Assembly: GCF_036365525.1 (NCBI RefSeq)
Contig: NC_090404.1
Location: 3,162,001 to 3,226,000, forward strand
Direction of reading: 5' to 3'
DNA length: 64,000 nt
Source: Heterodontus francisci
Taxonomy: Eukaryota
In this document: in pieces, positions 1 to 12,503 of the stretch
How positions within the stretch are numbered: the stretch's first letter is position 1
Layout of the letters: every line of letters begins with the position of its first letter
Program-made: the position numbers and the translations under genes
The notes under the pieces: model-generated
Told to the model about the DNA's origin: nothing
The model's database searches: none
What the model saw: only the letters and a program-made list of their open reading frames with translations

Positions 1-3000
1 GGGCAGTAAGAGACCACTAAACTGACATAGTGTCATCAGTCGGGACACTGAGAGAACATGAAACTGACATAGTGTCACCAGGGGGGACACTGAGAGACCA
101 CTAAAATGACATAGTATCACCAGGGGGGGCACTGAGAGCCCACTAAACAGACAGAGTGTCATCAGTCGGGACACTGAGAGAACACTAAACTGACATAGTG
201 TCACCAGGGGGGACACTGAGAGAACACTAAACTGATATAGTGTCATCAGTGGGGTCACTGAGAGAACAATAAACTGATATAGTGTCACCAGGGGGGACAC
301 TGAGAGAACAATAAACTGACATAGTGTCACCAGGGGGGACACTGAGAGAACACTAAACTGACATAGTGTCATCAGTCGGGACACTGAGAGAACACTAAAC
401 TGACATAGTGTCATCAGTCGGGACACTGAGAGAACACTAAACTGATATAGTGTCATCAGTGGGGGACACTGAGAGAACAATAAACTGATATAGTGTCACC
501 AGGGGGGACACTGAGAGAACAATAAACTGACATAGTGTCACCAGGGGGGACACTGAGAGAACACTAAACTGACATAGTGTCACCAGTTGGGACACTGAGA
601 GAACAATAAAATGACATAGTGTCACCAGGGGGGACACTGAGAGAACACTAAACTGACATAATGTCACCAGGGGGGACACTGAGAACACTAAACTGACATA
701 GTGTCACCAGGTGGGACACTGAGAGAACACTAAACTGACATAGTGTCATCAGTCGGGACACTGAGAGAACACTAAACTGACATAGTGTCACCAGGGGGGA
801 CACTGAGAGAACAATAAACTGATATAGTGTCATCAGTCGGGACACTGAGAGAACACTAAACTGACATAGTGTCATCAGTCGGGACACTGAGAGAACACTA
901 AACTGACATAGTGTCATCAGTCGGGACACTGAGAGAACACTAAACTGACATAGTGTCATCAGTGGGGGACACTGAGAGAACAATAAACTGACATAGTGTC
1001 ATCAGTCGGGACACTGAGAGAACACTAAACTGACATAGTGTCATCAGTGGGGGACACTGAGAGAACAATAAACTGACATAGTGTCACCAGGGGGGACACT
1101 GAGAGACCACTAAACTGACATAGTGTCATCAGTCGGGACACTGAGAGAACAATAAACTGACATAGTGTCACCAGGGGGGACACTGAGAGAACACTAAACT
1201 GACATAGTGTCACCAGGGGGCAGTAAGAGACCACTAAACTGACATAGTGTCACCAGGGGGGACACTGAGAGAACACTAAACTGACATAGTGTCACCAGGG
1301 GGCAGTAAGAGACCACTAAACTGACATAGTGTCACCAGGGGGGGACAATGAGAGATCAATAAACTGATATAGTGTCACCAGGGGGCAGTAAGAGACCACT
1401 AAACTGACATAGTGTCACCAGGTGGGACACTGAGAGACCACTAAAATGACATAGTATCACCAGGGGGGGCACTGAGAGCCCACTAAACAGACAGAGTGTC
1501 ATCAGTCGGGACACTGAGAGAACACTAAACTGACATAGTGTCACCAGGGGGGACACTGAGAGAACACTAAACTGACATAGTGTCACCAGGGGGCAGTAAG
1601 AGACCACTAAACTGACATAGTGTCATCAGTCGGGACACTGAGAGAACATGAAACTGACATAGTGTCACCAGGGGGGACACTGAGAGACCACTAAAATGAC
1701 ATAGTATCACCAGGGGGGGCACTGAGAGCCCACTAAACAGACAGAGTGTCATCAGTCGGGACACTGAGAGAACACTAAACTGACATAGTGTCACCAGGGG
1801 GGACACTGAGAGAACACTAAACTGATATAGTGTCATCAGTGGGGGACACTGAGAGAACAATAAACTGATATAGTGTCACCAGGGGGGACACTGAGAGAAC
1901 AATAAACTGACATAGTGTCACCAGGGGGGACACTGAGAGAACACTAAACTGACATAGTGTCATCAGTCGGGACACTGAGAGAACACTAAACTGACATAGT
2001 GTCATCAGTCGGGACACTGAGAGAACACTAAACTGATATAGTGTCATCAGTGGGGGACACTGAGAGAACAATAAACTGATATAGTGTCACCAGGGGGGAC
2101 ACTGAGAGAACAATAAACTGACATAGTGTCACCAGGGGGGACACTGAGAGAACACTAAACTGACATAGTGTCACCAGTTGGGACACTGAGAGAACAATAA
2201 AATGACATAGTGTCACCAGGGGGGACACTGAGAGAACACTAAACTGACATAATGTCACCAGGGGGGACACTGAGAACACTAAACTGACATAGTGTCACCA
2301 GGTGGGACACTGAGAGAACACTAAACTGACATAGTGTCATCAGTCGGGACACTGAGAGAACACTAAACTGACATAGTGTCACCAGGGGGGACACTGAGAG
2401 AACAATAAACTGATATAGTGTCATCAGTCGGGACACTGAGAGAACACTAAACTGACATAGTGTCATCAGTCGGGACACTGAGAGAACACTAAACTGACAT
2501 AGTGTCATCAGTCGGGACACTGAGAGAACACTAAACTGACATAGTGTCATCAGTGGGGGACACTGAGAGAACAATAAACTGACATAGTGTCATCAGTCGG
2601 GACACTGAGAGAACACTAAACTGACATAGTGTCATCAGTGGGGGACACTGAGAGAACAATAAACTGACATAGTGTCACCAGGGGGGACACTGAGAGACCA
2701 CTAAACTGACATAGTGTCATCAGTCGGGACACTGAGAGAACAATAAACTGACATAGTGTCACCAGGGGGGACACTGAGAGAACACTAAACTGACATAGTG
2801 TCACCAGGGGGCAGTAAGAGACCACTAAACTGACATAGTGTCACCAGGTGGGACACTGAGAGAACACTAAACTGACATAGTGTCACCAGGGGGCAGTAAG
2901 AGACCACTAAACTGACATAGTGTCACCAGGGGGGGACAATGAGAGATCAATAAACTGACATAGTGTCACCAGGGGGCAGTAAGAGACCACTAAACTGACA

Positions 3001-5682
3001 TAGTGTCATCAGTCGGGACACTGAGAGAACATGAAACTGACATAGTGTCACCAGGGGGGACACTGAGAGACCACTAAAATGACATAGTATCACCAGGGGA
3101 GGCACTGAGAGCCCACTAAACAGACAGAGTGTCATCAGTCGGGACACTGAGAGAACACTAAACTGACATAGTGTCACCAGGGGGGACACTGAGAGAACAC
3201 TAAACTGATATAGTGTCATCAGTGGGGGACACTGAGAGAACAATAAACTGATATAGTGTCACCAGGGGGGACACTGAGAGAACAATAAACTGACATAGTG
3301 TCACCAGGGGGGACACTGAGAGAACACTAAACTGACATAGTGTCACCAGTTGGGACACTGAGAGAACAATAAACTGACATAGTGTCACCAGGGGGGGACA
3401 CTGAGAGAACACTAAACTGATATAGTGTCATCAGTGGGGGACACTGAGAGAACAATAAACTGATATAGTGTCATCAGTCGGGACACTGAGAGAACACTAA
3501 ACTGATATAGTGTCACCGGGGGGGGGACAATGAGAGATCAATAAAGTGACATAGTGTCACCAGGGGGCAGTAAGAGACCACTAAACTGACATAGTGTCAC
3601 CGGGGGCGGGGGACAATGAGAGATCAATAAACTGACATAGTGTCACCAGGGGGCAGTAAGAGACCACTAAACTGACATAGTGTCACCAGGTGGGACACTG
3701 AGAGACCACGAAACAGACAGAGTGTCATCAGTCGGGACACTGAGTGAACAATAAAATGACATAGTGTCACCAGGGGGGACACTGAGAGAACACTAAACTG
3801 ACATAGTGTCACCAGGGGGGACACTGAGAACACTAAACTGACATAGTGTCACCAGGTGGGACACTGAGAGAACACTAAACTGACATAGTGTCATCAGTCG
3901 GGACACTGAGAGAACACTAAACTGACATAGTGTCATCAGTCGGGACACTGAGAGAACAACAAACTGACATAGTGTCACCAGGGGGGACACTGAGAGAACA
4001 CTGAACTGACATAGTGTCACCAGGGGGCAGTAAGAGACCACTAAACTGACATAGTGTCATCAGTCGGGACACTGAGAGAACAATAAACTGACATAGTGTC
4101 ATCAGTCGGGACACTGAGAGAACACTAAACTGATATAGTGTCACCGGGGGGGGACAATGAGAGATCAATAAACTGACATAGTGTCACCAGGGGGCAGTAA
4201 GAGACCACTAAACTGACATAGTGTCACCGGGGGGGGACAATGAGAGATCAATAAACTGACATAGTGTCACCAGGGGGCAGTAAGAGACCACTAAACTGAC
4301 ATAGTGTCACCAGGTGGGACACTGAGAGACCACTAAACAGACAGAGTGTCATCAGACGGGACACTGAGAGAACAACAAACTGACATAGTATCACCAGGGG
4401 GGGCACTGAGAGAACACTAAACTGACATAGTGTCACCAGGTGGGACACTGAGAGACCACTAAACAGACAGAGTGTCATCAGTCGGGACACTGAGAGAACA
4501 TGAAACTGACATAGTGTCACCAGGGGGGCATTGAGAGAACACTAAACTGACATCGTGTCACCAGGGGGGGCACTGAGAGAACATGAAACTGACATAGTGT
4601 CACCAGGGGGGCATTGAGAGAACACTAAACTGACATAGTGTCACCAGGGGGGGACACTGAGAGATCAATAAACTGACATAGTGTCATCAGTCGGGACACT
4701 GAGAGAACATGAAACTGACATAGTGTCACCAGGGGGGCATTGAGAGAACACTAAACTGACATAGTGTCACCAGGTGGGACACTGAGAGACCACTAAACAG
4801 ACAGAGTTTCATCAGTCGGGACACTGAGAGAACACTAAACTGACATAGTGTCACCAGGGGGGGACACTGAGAGATCAATAAACTGACATAGTGTCATCAG
4901 TCGGGACACTGAGAGAACATGAAACTGACATAGTGTCACCAGGGGGCATTGAGAGAACACTAAACTGACATAATGTCACCAGGGGGGGCACTGAGAGACC
5001 ACTAAACAACAGAGTGTCATCAGTCGGGACACTGAGAGAACACTAAACTGACATAGTGTCACCAGGGGGGGCACTGAGAGACCACTAAACAGACAGAGTG
5101 TCATCAGTCGGGACACTGAGAGAACACTAAACTGACATAGTGTCACCAGGGGGGACACTGAGAGAACAATAAACTGACATAGTGTCACCAGGGGGGACAC
5201 TGAGAGAACACTAAACTGACATAGTGTCACCAGGGGGGACACTGAGAGAACAATAAACTGACATAGTGTCACCAGGGGGGACACTGAGAGACCACTAAAC
5301 TGAAATAGTGTCACCAGGGGGGACACTAAGAGAACAATAAACTGACATAGTGTCACCAGGGGGGACACTGAGAGACCACTAAACTGACATAGTGTCACCA
5401 GGGGGGACACTGAGAGACCACTAAACTGAAATAGTGTCACCAGGGGGGACACTGAGAGACTACTAAACTGATATATTGTCACCAGGGGGGCACTGAGAGA
5501 CCACTAAACTGATATAGTGTCACCAGGGGGGACACTGAGAGACCACTAAACTGAAATAGTGTCACCAGGGAGGACACTGAGAGAACACTAAACTGACATA
5601 GTGTCAGCAGGGGGCAGTAAGAGACCACTAAACTGACATAGTGTCACCAGGGGGGGGGGGGGGGGGACAATGAGAGATCAAT
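1..5682. repeat. 42-bp tandem satellite (AAACTGACATAGTGTCACCAGGGGGGACACTGAGAGAACACT and variants) with ~1.59 kb higher-order repeat; open at left edge
   Basis: Continuous 40-43 bp monomers. The variant order at 1-~1370 recurs at 1591-~2960 (identical ORFs 437/2028, 648/2239, 1025/2616) and partly again from ~2974. Confidence 0.97.
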
Positions 5683-6072
5683 TTTTTTTTTTTTATTTCC
5701 AAAATATACTTTATTCATAAAAATCTGTAAAAATTACATTGCCAAACAGTTTCCAAACAGCACGAAAAAATACAAACATTGCAAAAGAGATCAGTTTCTT
5801 TCAATAATGTCATGAGTTTCTTCCCAACCCTTCCGTTTCACAATTGTCATGTCAATTACAGTTTTACATTTACAGCAATTGAGAATATTAACGATACAGT
5901 TCGAGGGGCTTCCCATGGTTCCAGCCCCTCAGTCCAGCTTGGTGGGGGAACCTTACACTGTGGTCTTTCCCCATTGAGCCTTTGCTGCGGCTGCCCCAAG
6001 CTTTAGTGCGTCCCTCAGCACGTAGTCCTGGACCTTGGAATGTGCCAGTCTGCAACATTCGGTGGTGGACAA
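5683..6072 (-). mobile_element. 5'-truncated L1/Tx1-clade LINE 3' end with poly(A) and TSD
   Basis: Poly-T at 5682-5694, TTTATT signal, ORF2 end matching the copy at 12816-12935; GGACAATGAGAGATCAAT duplicated at 5665-5682 and 6067-6084. Confidence 0.85.
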
Positions 6073-6088
6073 TGAGAGATCAATAAAC

Positions 6089-6392
6089 TGACAATTGAGT
6101 GGCTTGCTCGGCTATTTCAGAGGGCATTTAAGCGTCAACCACATTACTGTGGATCTGGAGTCACATGTAGGTCAGACCGGGTAAAGACAGCAGATTTCCT
6201 TCCCTAAAGGACATTAGGTGGGTTTTTAATGACAATTGATGATAGTTAAATAGCACCAGTACTGAGACTAGCTTTCAACTCCAAATTTTTGTTCATGAAT
6301 TGAATTTAAATTCCACCAGCTGCCGTGGTGGGATTTGAACCCATGTCTTCAGGGCATTAGCCAGTGTTATTACCACTACACCACCCTCTCCA
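6089..6392 (-). mobile_element. HE1-like tRNA-derived SINE, partial
   Basis: Similar to the full copy at 26127-26524 (B-box-like GGGATTTGAACCC on +); near-identical to 13849-14150. Confidence 0.75.
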
Positions 6393-6611
6393 CAGTCTAA
6401 CTGAAGTCCCTTATCCCTGGAACCAGTCAGCCACCCAGCCTGTTCCCAGAGGTCGAGTCAAATCTCAATCGGTCACATTAAGCAGTGGTCCATGAACCAA
6501 TGAGCAATGGCCTTAAAATGCAAATTACATTTATCAGATCACAGAAGAGGCAGATATCGCAGGACACTGATGCTCTCCCTACCCAGGTAATGTCAATTGT
6601 TACAAACACTT

Positions 6612-8780
6612 ATCATCCTTGTTTCCAAATCCCTCCATGGCCCCTCCCCCTCTCTATCTCTGTCATAACCTCCAGCCCCTCTTCCTCCCTATCTCTGTCA
6701 TAACCTCCAGCCCCTACACCCCTCCCTATCTCTGTAATCTCCTCCAGTCCTTTACACCCCTCCCTATCTCTGTAATCTCCTCCAGTCCTTTACACCCCTC
6801 CCTATCTCTGTAATCTCCTCCAGCCTCTACACCCCTCCCTATCTCTGTCATAACCTCCAGTACTTTACACCCCTCCCGATCTCTGTAATCTCCTCCAGTC
6901 CTTTACACCCCTCCCTATCTCTGTAATCTCCTCCAGCCTCTACACCCCTCCCTATCTCTGTCATAACCTCCAGACCCTACACCCCTCCCTATCTCTGTAA
7001 TCTCCTCCAGTCCCTTACACCCCTCCCTATCTCTGTAATCTCCTCCAGCCCCTACACCCTTCCCTATCTCTGTAATCTCCCCCAGCCCCTACACCCCTCC
7101 CTATCTCTGTAATCTCCTCCAGCCCCGACACCCTTCCCTATCTCTGTAATCTCCCCCAGCCCCTACACCCCTCCCTATCTCTGTAATCTCCTCCAGCCCC
7201 ACCACCCTTCCCTATCTCTGCAATCTCCTCCAGCCTCTACACCCCTCCCTATCTCTGTCATAACCTCCAGCCTCTACACCCCTTCCTATCTCTGTCATAA
7301 CCTCCAGCCCCTACACCCCTCCCTATCTCTGTCATAACCTCCAGCCTCTAACCCCTCCCTATCTCTGTCATAACCTCCAGCCTCTACACCCCTCCCTATC
7401 TCTGTCATAACCTCCAGCCCCTACACCCCTCCCTATCTCTGTCATAACCTCCAGCCCCTACACCCCTCCCTATCTCTGTAATCTCCCCCAGCCTCTACAC
7501 CCCTCCCTATCTCTGTAATCTCCCCCAGCCTCTACACCCCTCCCTATCTCTGTAATCTCCCCCAGCCTCTACACCCCTCCCTATCTCTGTAATCTCCTCC
7601 AGCCTCTACACCCCTCCCTATCTCTGTAATCTCCCCCAGCCTCTACACCCCTCCCTATCTCTGTCATAACCTCCAGCCTCTACACCCCTCCCTATCTCTG
7701 TAATCTCCTCTAGCCTCTACACCCCTCCCAATCTCTGTCATAACCTCCAGCCCCTACACCCCTCCCTATCTCTGTCATAACCTCCAGCCCCTACACCCCT
7801 CCCTATCTCTGTAACCTCCCCCAGCCTCTACACCCCTCCCTATCTCTGTAATCTCCCCCAGCCTCTACATCCCTCCCGATCTCTGTAATCTCCCCCAGCC
7901 TCTACACCCCTCCCTATCTCTGTAATCTCCCCCAGCCTCTACACCCCTCCCTATCTCTGTAATCTCCCCCAGCCTCTACACCCCTCCCTATCTCTGTAAT
8001 CTCCCCCAGCCTCTACATCCCTCCCGATCTCTGTAATCTCCTCCAGCCCCTACAACCCTCCCTATCTCTGTAATCTCCTCCAGTCCCTACACACCTCCCT
8101 ATCTCTGTAATCTCCTCCAGCCCCTGCACCCCTCCCTATCTCTGTAATCTCCTCTAGCCCCTACACCCCTCCCTATCTCTGTAATCTCCTCCAGCCTCTA
8201 CACCCCTCCCTATCTCTGTAATCTCCCCCAGCCTCTACACCCCTCCCTATCTCTGTCATAACCTCCAGCCCCTACACCCCTCCCTATCTCTGTCATAACC
8301 TCCAGCCCCTACACCCCTCCCTATCTCTGTCATAACCTCCAGCCCCTACACCCCTCCCTATCTCACTAATCTCCTCCAGTCCCTACACCCCTCCCTATCT
8401 CTGTAATCTCCCCTAGCCTATACACACCTCCCTATCTCTGTAATCTCCTCCAGTCCCTACACCCCTCCCTATCTCTGTAATCTCCCCCAGCCTATGCACC
8501 CCTCCCTATCTCTGTAATCTCCTCCAGCCCCTACACCCCTCCCTATCTCTGTAATCTCCTCCAGTCCCTACACCCCTCCCTATCTCTGTAATCTCCCCCA
8601 GCCTATACACCCCTCCCTATCTCTGTAATCTCTTCCAGCCCCTCCACACCTCACTATCTCTGTAATCTCCTCCAGCCCAATGACCCTCTGAGATCTCTGC
8701 GCTCCTCCAATTCTGGCCACTCATGCGTCCCTGATTTGCATTGCTGCACCATTGGTGGCCATGCCGTCTGCTGCCTGGAG
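6612..8780 (+). mobile_element. L2-clade LINE 3' fragment hosting the minisatellite
   Basis: Left flank reads ILVSKSLHG; right flank reads PLRSLRSSNSG...TIGGHA. These are typical L2 ORF2 C-terminal motifs. Confidence 0.7.
6645..8680. repeat. 37-38 bp C/T-rich minisatellite (CCCCTCCCTATCTCTGTAATCTCCTCCAGCCCCTACA), ~55 copies
   Basis: Direct tandem repetition with strong strand asymmetry. Confidence 0.97.
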
Positions 8781-8871
8781 TTTAAACAGTGAAATTTGGG
8801 CATTTAGTAGCATATTGGTTCTGTTACCGAACTAGACATGGTCGGGGTCAGGACTAAATTATTTTTAAAAT

Positions 8872-10105
8872 TTTCTTTCCTGGGATGTGGGCATCACTGG
8901 CTAGGCCAGCATTTATTGCCCATCCCTAATTGCCCTTGAGAATGTGGTGGTGAGCTGCCTTCTTGAACCGCTGCAGTCCATGTGGGGTAGGTACACCCAC
9001 AGTGCTGTTAGGAAGGTAGTTCCAGGATTTTGAACCAGAGACAGTGAAGGAACGGTGATATAGTTCCAAGTCAGGATGGTGTGTGACTTGATGGGATCTT
9101 GCAGGTGGTGGTATTCCCTTGTCACCAGGGAGGACCCTTGTCCTTTTAGTTGGTAGAGGTCGTGGGTTTGGAAGGTGCTGTCTAAGGAGCCTTGGTGCAT
9201 TGCTGCAGTGCATCTTGTAGATGGTACACACCGCTGCCACTGTGCGTCGGTGGTGGAGGGAGTGAATGTTTGTAGATCGTGTGCCAATCAAGTGGGCTGC
9301 TTTGTCCTGGATGGTGTCGAGCTTCTTGGGTGTTGTTGGAGCTGCACCCATCCAGGCCATGGGAGAGTATTCCATCACACTCCTGATTTGTGCCTTGTAG
9401 ATGGTGGACAGGCTTTGGGAAGTCAGGAGGTGAGTTACTCGCCACAGGAATCTGAGCCTCTGACCTGCTCTTATAGCCATAGAGTTTATGTGGCTGCTCC
9501 AGGTCAATTTCTGGTCAATGGTAACCCCCAGGATGTTGATTGTGGGGTATTCAGCGATGGTAATGCCATTGAATGTCAAGGTGAGGTGGTTAGATTCTCT
9601 CTTGTTGGAGATGGTCATTGCCTGGCACTAGTGTTACTTGCCACATATCAGCCCAAGCCTGATATTGTCCAGGCCTTGCTGCATTTCTACATGGACCGCT
9701 TCAGTATATGAGGAGTTGTGAATGGTGCTGAATTTTGCAATCATCAGTGAACATCCCCACTTCTGACCTTATGACTGAAGGAAGGTCATTGATGAGGCAG
9801 CTGAAGATGGTTGGGCCTAGAACACTACCTTGAGGAACTCCTGCAGTGATGTCCTGGAGCTGAGATGATTGGACTCTAACAACCACAACCAACTTCCTTT
9901 GCGCTAGGTATGACTCCAACCAGGGGAGAGTTTTCCCCCTGATTCCCAGTGACTCCAGTTTTGTGAGGGCTCCTTGTTGCCATACCCGGTCAAATGCTGC
10001 CTTGATGTCAAGGGTAGTCGCTCTCACCTCACCTCTGGAGTTCAGCTCTTTTGTCCATGTTTGAACCAAGGCTGTAATGAGGTCAGGAGCTGAGTGGTCC
10101 TGGCA
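8872..10105 (-). mobile_element. HER1-like (CR1-group) LINE, 5'-truncated, disrupted RT
   Basis: ORFs 9701-10069 ([22 protein letters not shown]) and 8926-9618 (ILGVTIDQKLTW..H); 3' tail shared with the HE1-like SINE. Confidence 0.88.
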
Positions 10106-10124
10106 GACCTCTTACATGGGTTAC

Positions 10125-10320
10125 CCCAGATCTGTCTGCTCTTTCAATTCTGCGTTCTTGTGCATGCCCAGTTTGAATTACCACGTCATTGGTGGACATG
10201 CCTTTAGCTGCCAAGGCCCAAAGCTTTGTAATTCCTTCCTGAAATCTCCCGACTTCTCTTGCCTCTTATAAGCTGCTCCTTAAAACCTGCGTCTTTGACT
10301 GAGCTTTTGATCAACTGTCC
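10125..10320 (+). mobile_element. Degenerate L2 LINE 3' fragment
   Basis: Reads IGGHAFSCQGPKLCNSF, like the L2 tail at 8690-8780. Confidence 0.55.
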
Positions 10321-10329
10321 TCATACTTC

Positions 10330-10762
10330 CTCAACCTTGAGTTCAACAATTTCACAGCATGACTCATCTTTTATTTCTATTTTTGTTTATTATTTTATTT
10401 TTAAATCATGTGCCTGTTTCTTCATGTAGTCAGAGCTGCTCATTATTCTGCTACTAACACTCTCTCTGGACTACTGTTTTGTCTTTCACCACAAGCATTA
10501 ACACACTCTTTGCCTTTGTCCCAGGACAGCTTTGTTATTTAATCTCTCCAGTCCTCTGCTCTATCAAACATTCCGTTCTTTTCCCCACCAAATCCCCTCC
10601 TCCACCCCCTCCCTTCCCCCAAACCCCCCTGCCGACTTACTTAAAACCTAATTCTTTTCTAACCTTTGCCAGTTCTGATGAACGGTCACAGACCTGGACC
10701 GTTAACTCTGCTTCTCTCTCCGCAGATGCTGCCTGACCTGCTGAGTACTTCCAGAACTTTCT
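10330..10762 (+). mobile_element. Penelope-like element terminal fragment with decayed hammerhead motif
   Basis: AGTT-CTGATGA-ACGGTCACAGACCT-GGAC-CGTT-AACT; similar to 15300-15612. Confidence 0.55.
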
Positions 10763-11199
10763 GGGCTGAAATTTATGGTGCTGCCGCCGTAATCGGCAGT
10801 GGATGTAAAGGACGGCGGTCCGTCCGTGCTGGCCGCACGTGATATTAAACACGGTGGCTCATTTAACTGGCCGGGGCAGACTGCACGGCCGCCCCAGAGA
10901 TGTGCAGGGGGTGGTCTGTCCGTCCCGGCAGTGGTGTCAGGTACCTTTGCGCAGACGCTGACACCATTTTTAAAGAGCTTCGAGCTCTATCGTCACATTT
11001 AATTATTTAAAGGAGAATGGATTTGAAAAGAATCAATTGCTCTTGCTCCTTTCCTGCACCCTACAACAACCCATAGAGTTATTTCCTTGCCCCTCTCCTC
11101 CCCCACTCTCTAAAGCTCCTGTGAAGTATGTTGGGACATTTGATGATGCGATGGTGCAAGAGTTACCCCTGCAACTTAAACACTTCAAAACTTCATTCA

Positions 11200-11720
11200 A
11201 TACAAGAGTTCGAAGAGGCGTGTTTGTCACTGAATTGGCTGCTTTTGCACTTTTGCAAGTTGCAAGTTGTCTTCTTGTGGTCTAACTGAATTCCACCGTG
11301 TGGCAGCTGATGAGTGATATCAGTCTTTGCAACTCAGTGGAAAAAAGCAAAGCCCACATCAGATACTGCCCAGGAGGCGCATGTCTTTTCAAACTTACCA
11401 TTTCTCTGTGGTAGACAACAACAGCTGTGGCTCCACCTTCTGCCCGCCTGACCTGCTTCTGCTGTCGGAAAATGAAACACACATTGGCGTCTTGAGTTTC
11501 CATTGTGACCACACATCCCGCCCACACACCTCCTCCCACTTCCTGTCAACACACGCTTAAAATGGGTCAAAGTCACAACTCTCGCCCAAAAGCAGGCTGC
11601 AAGTTGGGTGGCCTCTTTTGAAAGAGTACAAGGTGCTCGCAAACATCACCGGAAGCAACACAGATCAATGGACTTCCGGCTGCTTGCAGTTCATCTCGAG
11701 GAAGCAGATGATCATTTATC
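11200..11720. promoter_or_regulatory. Candidate TCR-alpha 3' enhancer (E-alpha-like motif cluster)
   Basis: Unique sequence ~10 kb 3' of TRAC. RUNX TGTGGT 11276, 11407 and ACCACA 11508; ETS ACTTCCTGT 11538, ACCGGAAG 11648, ACTTCCGG 11672; E-boxes CAGCTG 11304, 11422 and CAGATG 11705; TCF/LEF TCAAAG 11567. Function is inferred only. Confidence 0.5.
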
Positions 11721-12099
11721 ATTGAAACATTTTTATCACAATATTTTGGTCAAAGTGACCTGCAGTATAATTTAACAAGAATGTTAAGAATGATATTTTG
11801 CCCAATCCCTCCATAGACTGTAGGCTGGCTTTAATTCACTCCGTTATGTCATTGAAGAACATCATGCCAATTCATAGATAGGAGTTAATGGACCCCAGAT
11901 ACACACCTATCCTGGTTTGAAAAGAAGCACAATGTTCGGACTGTTGTTTGTCATGACTGAGATTGAATACGGCGAAGGGTTGGTGGAGTTCCAGTTTGGT
12001 TTTGCTGTTGCTGAAGTGATGGATACTTGTCATATCTGTTTGATGGTGATGTTGGCGATGGTGGGGATGACGTGTTGAAGGTGATACCGATGGAGATGG

Positions 12100-12495
12100 A
12101 ATCATGGAATGACACATTCTCAGAAGGAGGCCATTTGGTCCATCGCAGCTGTGCTGTCTCTTCAAAAGACCTATCCAATTCATCACACTCTCCCCTGCTC
12201 TTTGCCCGTAGCCCTGTAAATCACTTCCAGTATTGATCCAATTCTCTTTTGCGATTTGTTATTGGATCGGAATTCCCAACCACGATGACGCACGAGGTTA
12301 AAAAATCCCCAACTTCTCGTCCTTTTGCCAATCACCTTAAATCTGCATCTTCCGTTTACCAGCCCCTCCTACCACTGGAACCACTTTCTCCTTATTTCTT
12401 CGATCAGAAACATTCCTGATTTTGAATACCTCAATCAAAGCTCCTCTCAACCCTCTCCCTCTGTAAGGAGAACAGCCTCAGCTTGTCCAGTCTTT
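12100..12495 (-). mobile_element. Old CR1 LINE 3' relic (continues at ~14151-14370 after nested SINE/L1)
   Basis: Similar to other CR1 3' relics, e.g. 31400-32005. Confidence 0.55.
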
Positions 12496-12503
12496 TGTTT
12501 AAA

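Noticed and set aside
437-5482. Many minus-strand ORFs repeating VTLCQFSVLSVSPL
   Set aside because: Artefact of a 42-bp (14-codon) satellite; frames break at every length variant.
1-8680. CRISPR-like or Ig switch-region interpretation of the arrays
   Set aside because: No unique spacers or cas genes in this vertebrate DNA; the arrays are not AGCT-rich and lie 3' of the C gene.
9175-9711. Plus-strand ORFs over the LINEs (also 12898-13551 and 17487-17939)
   Set aside because: Antisense or alternative-frame shadows of LINE ORF2.
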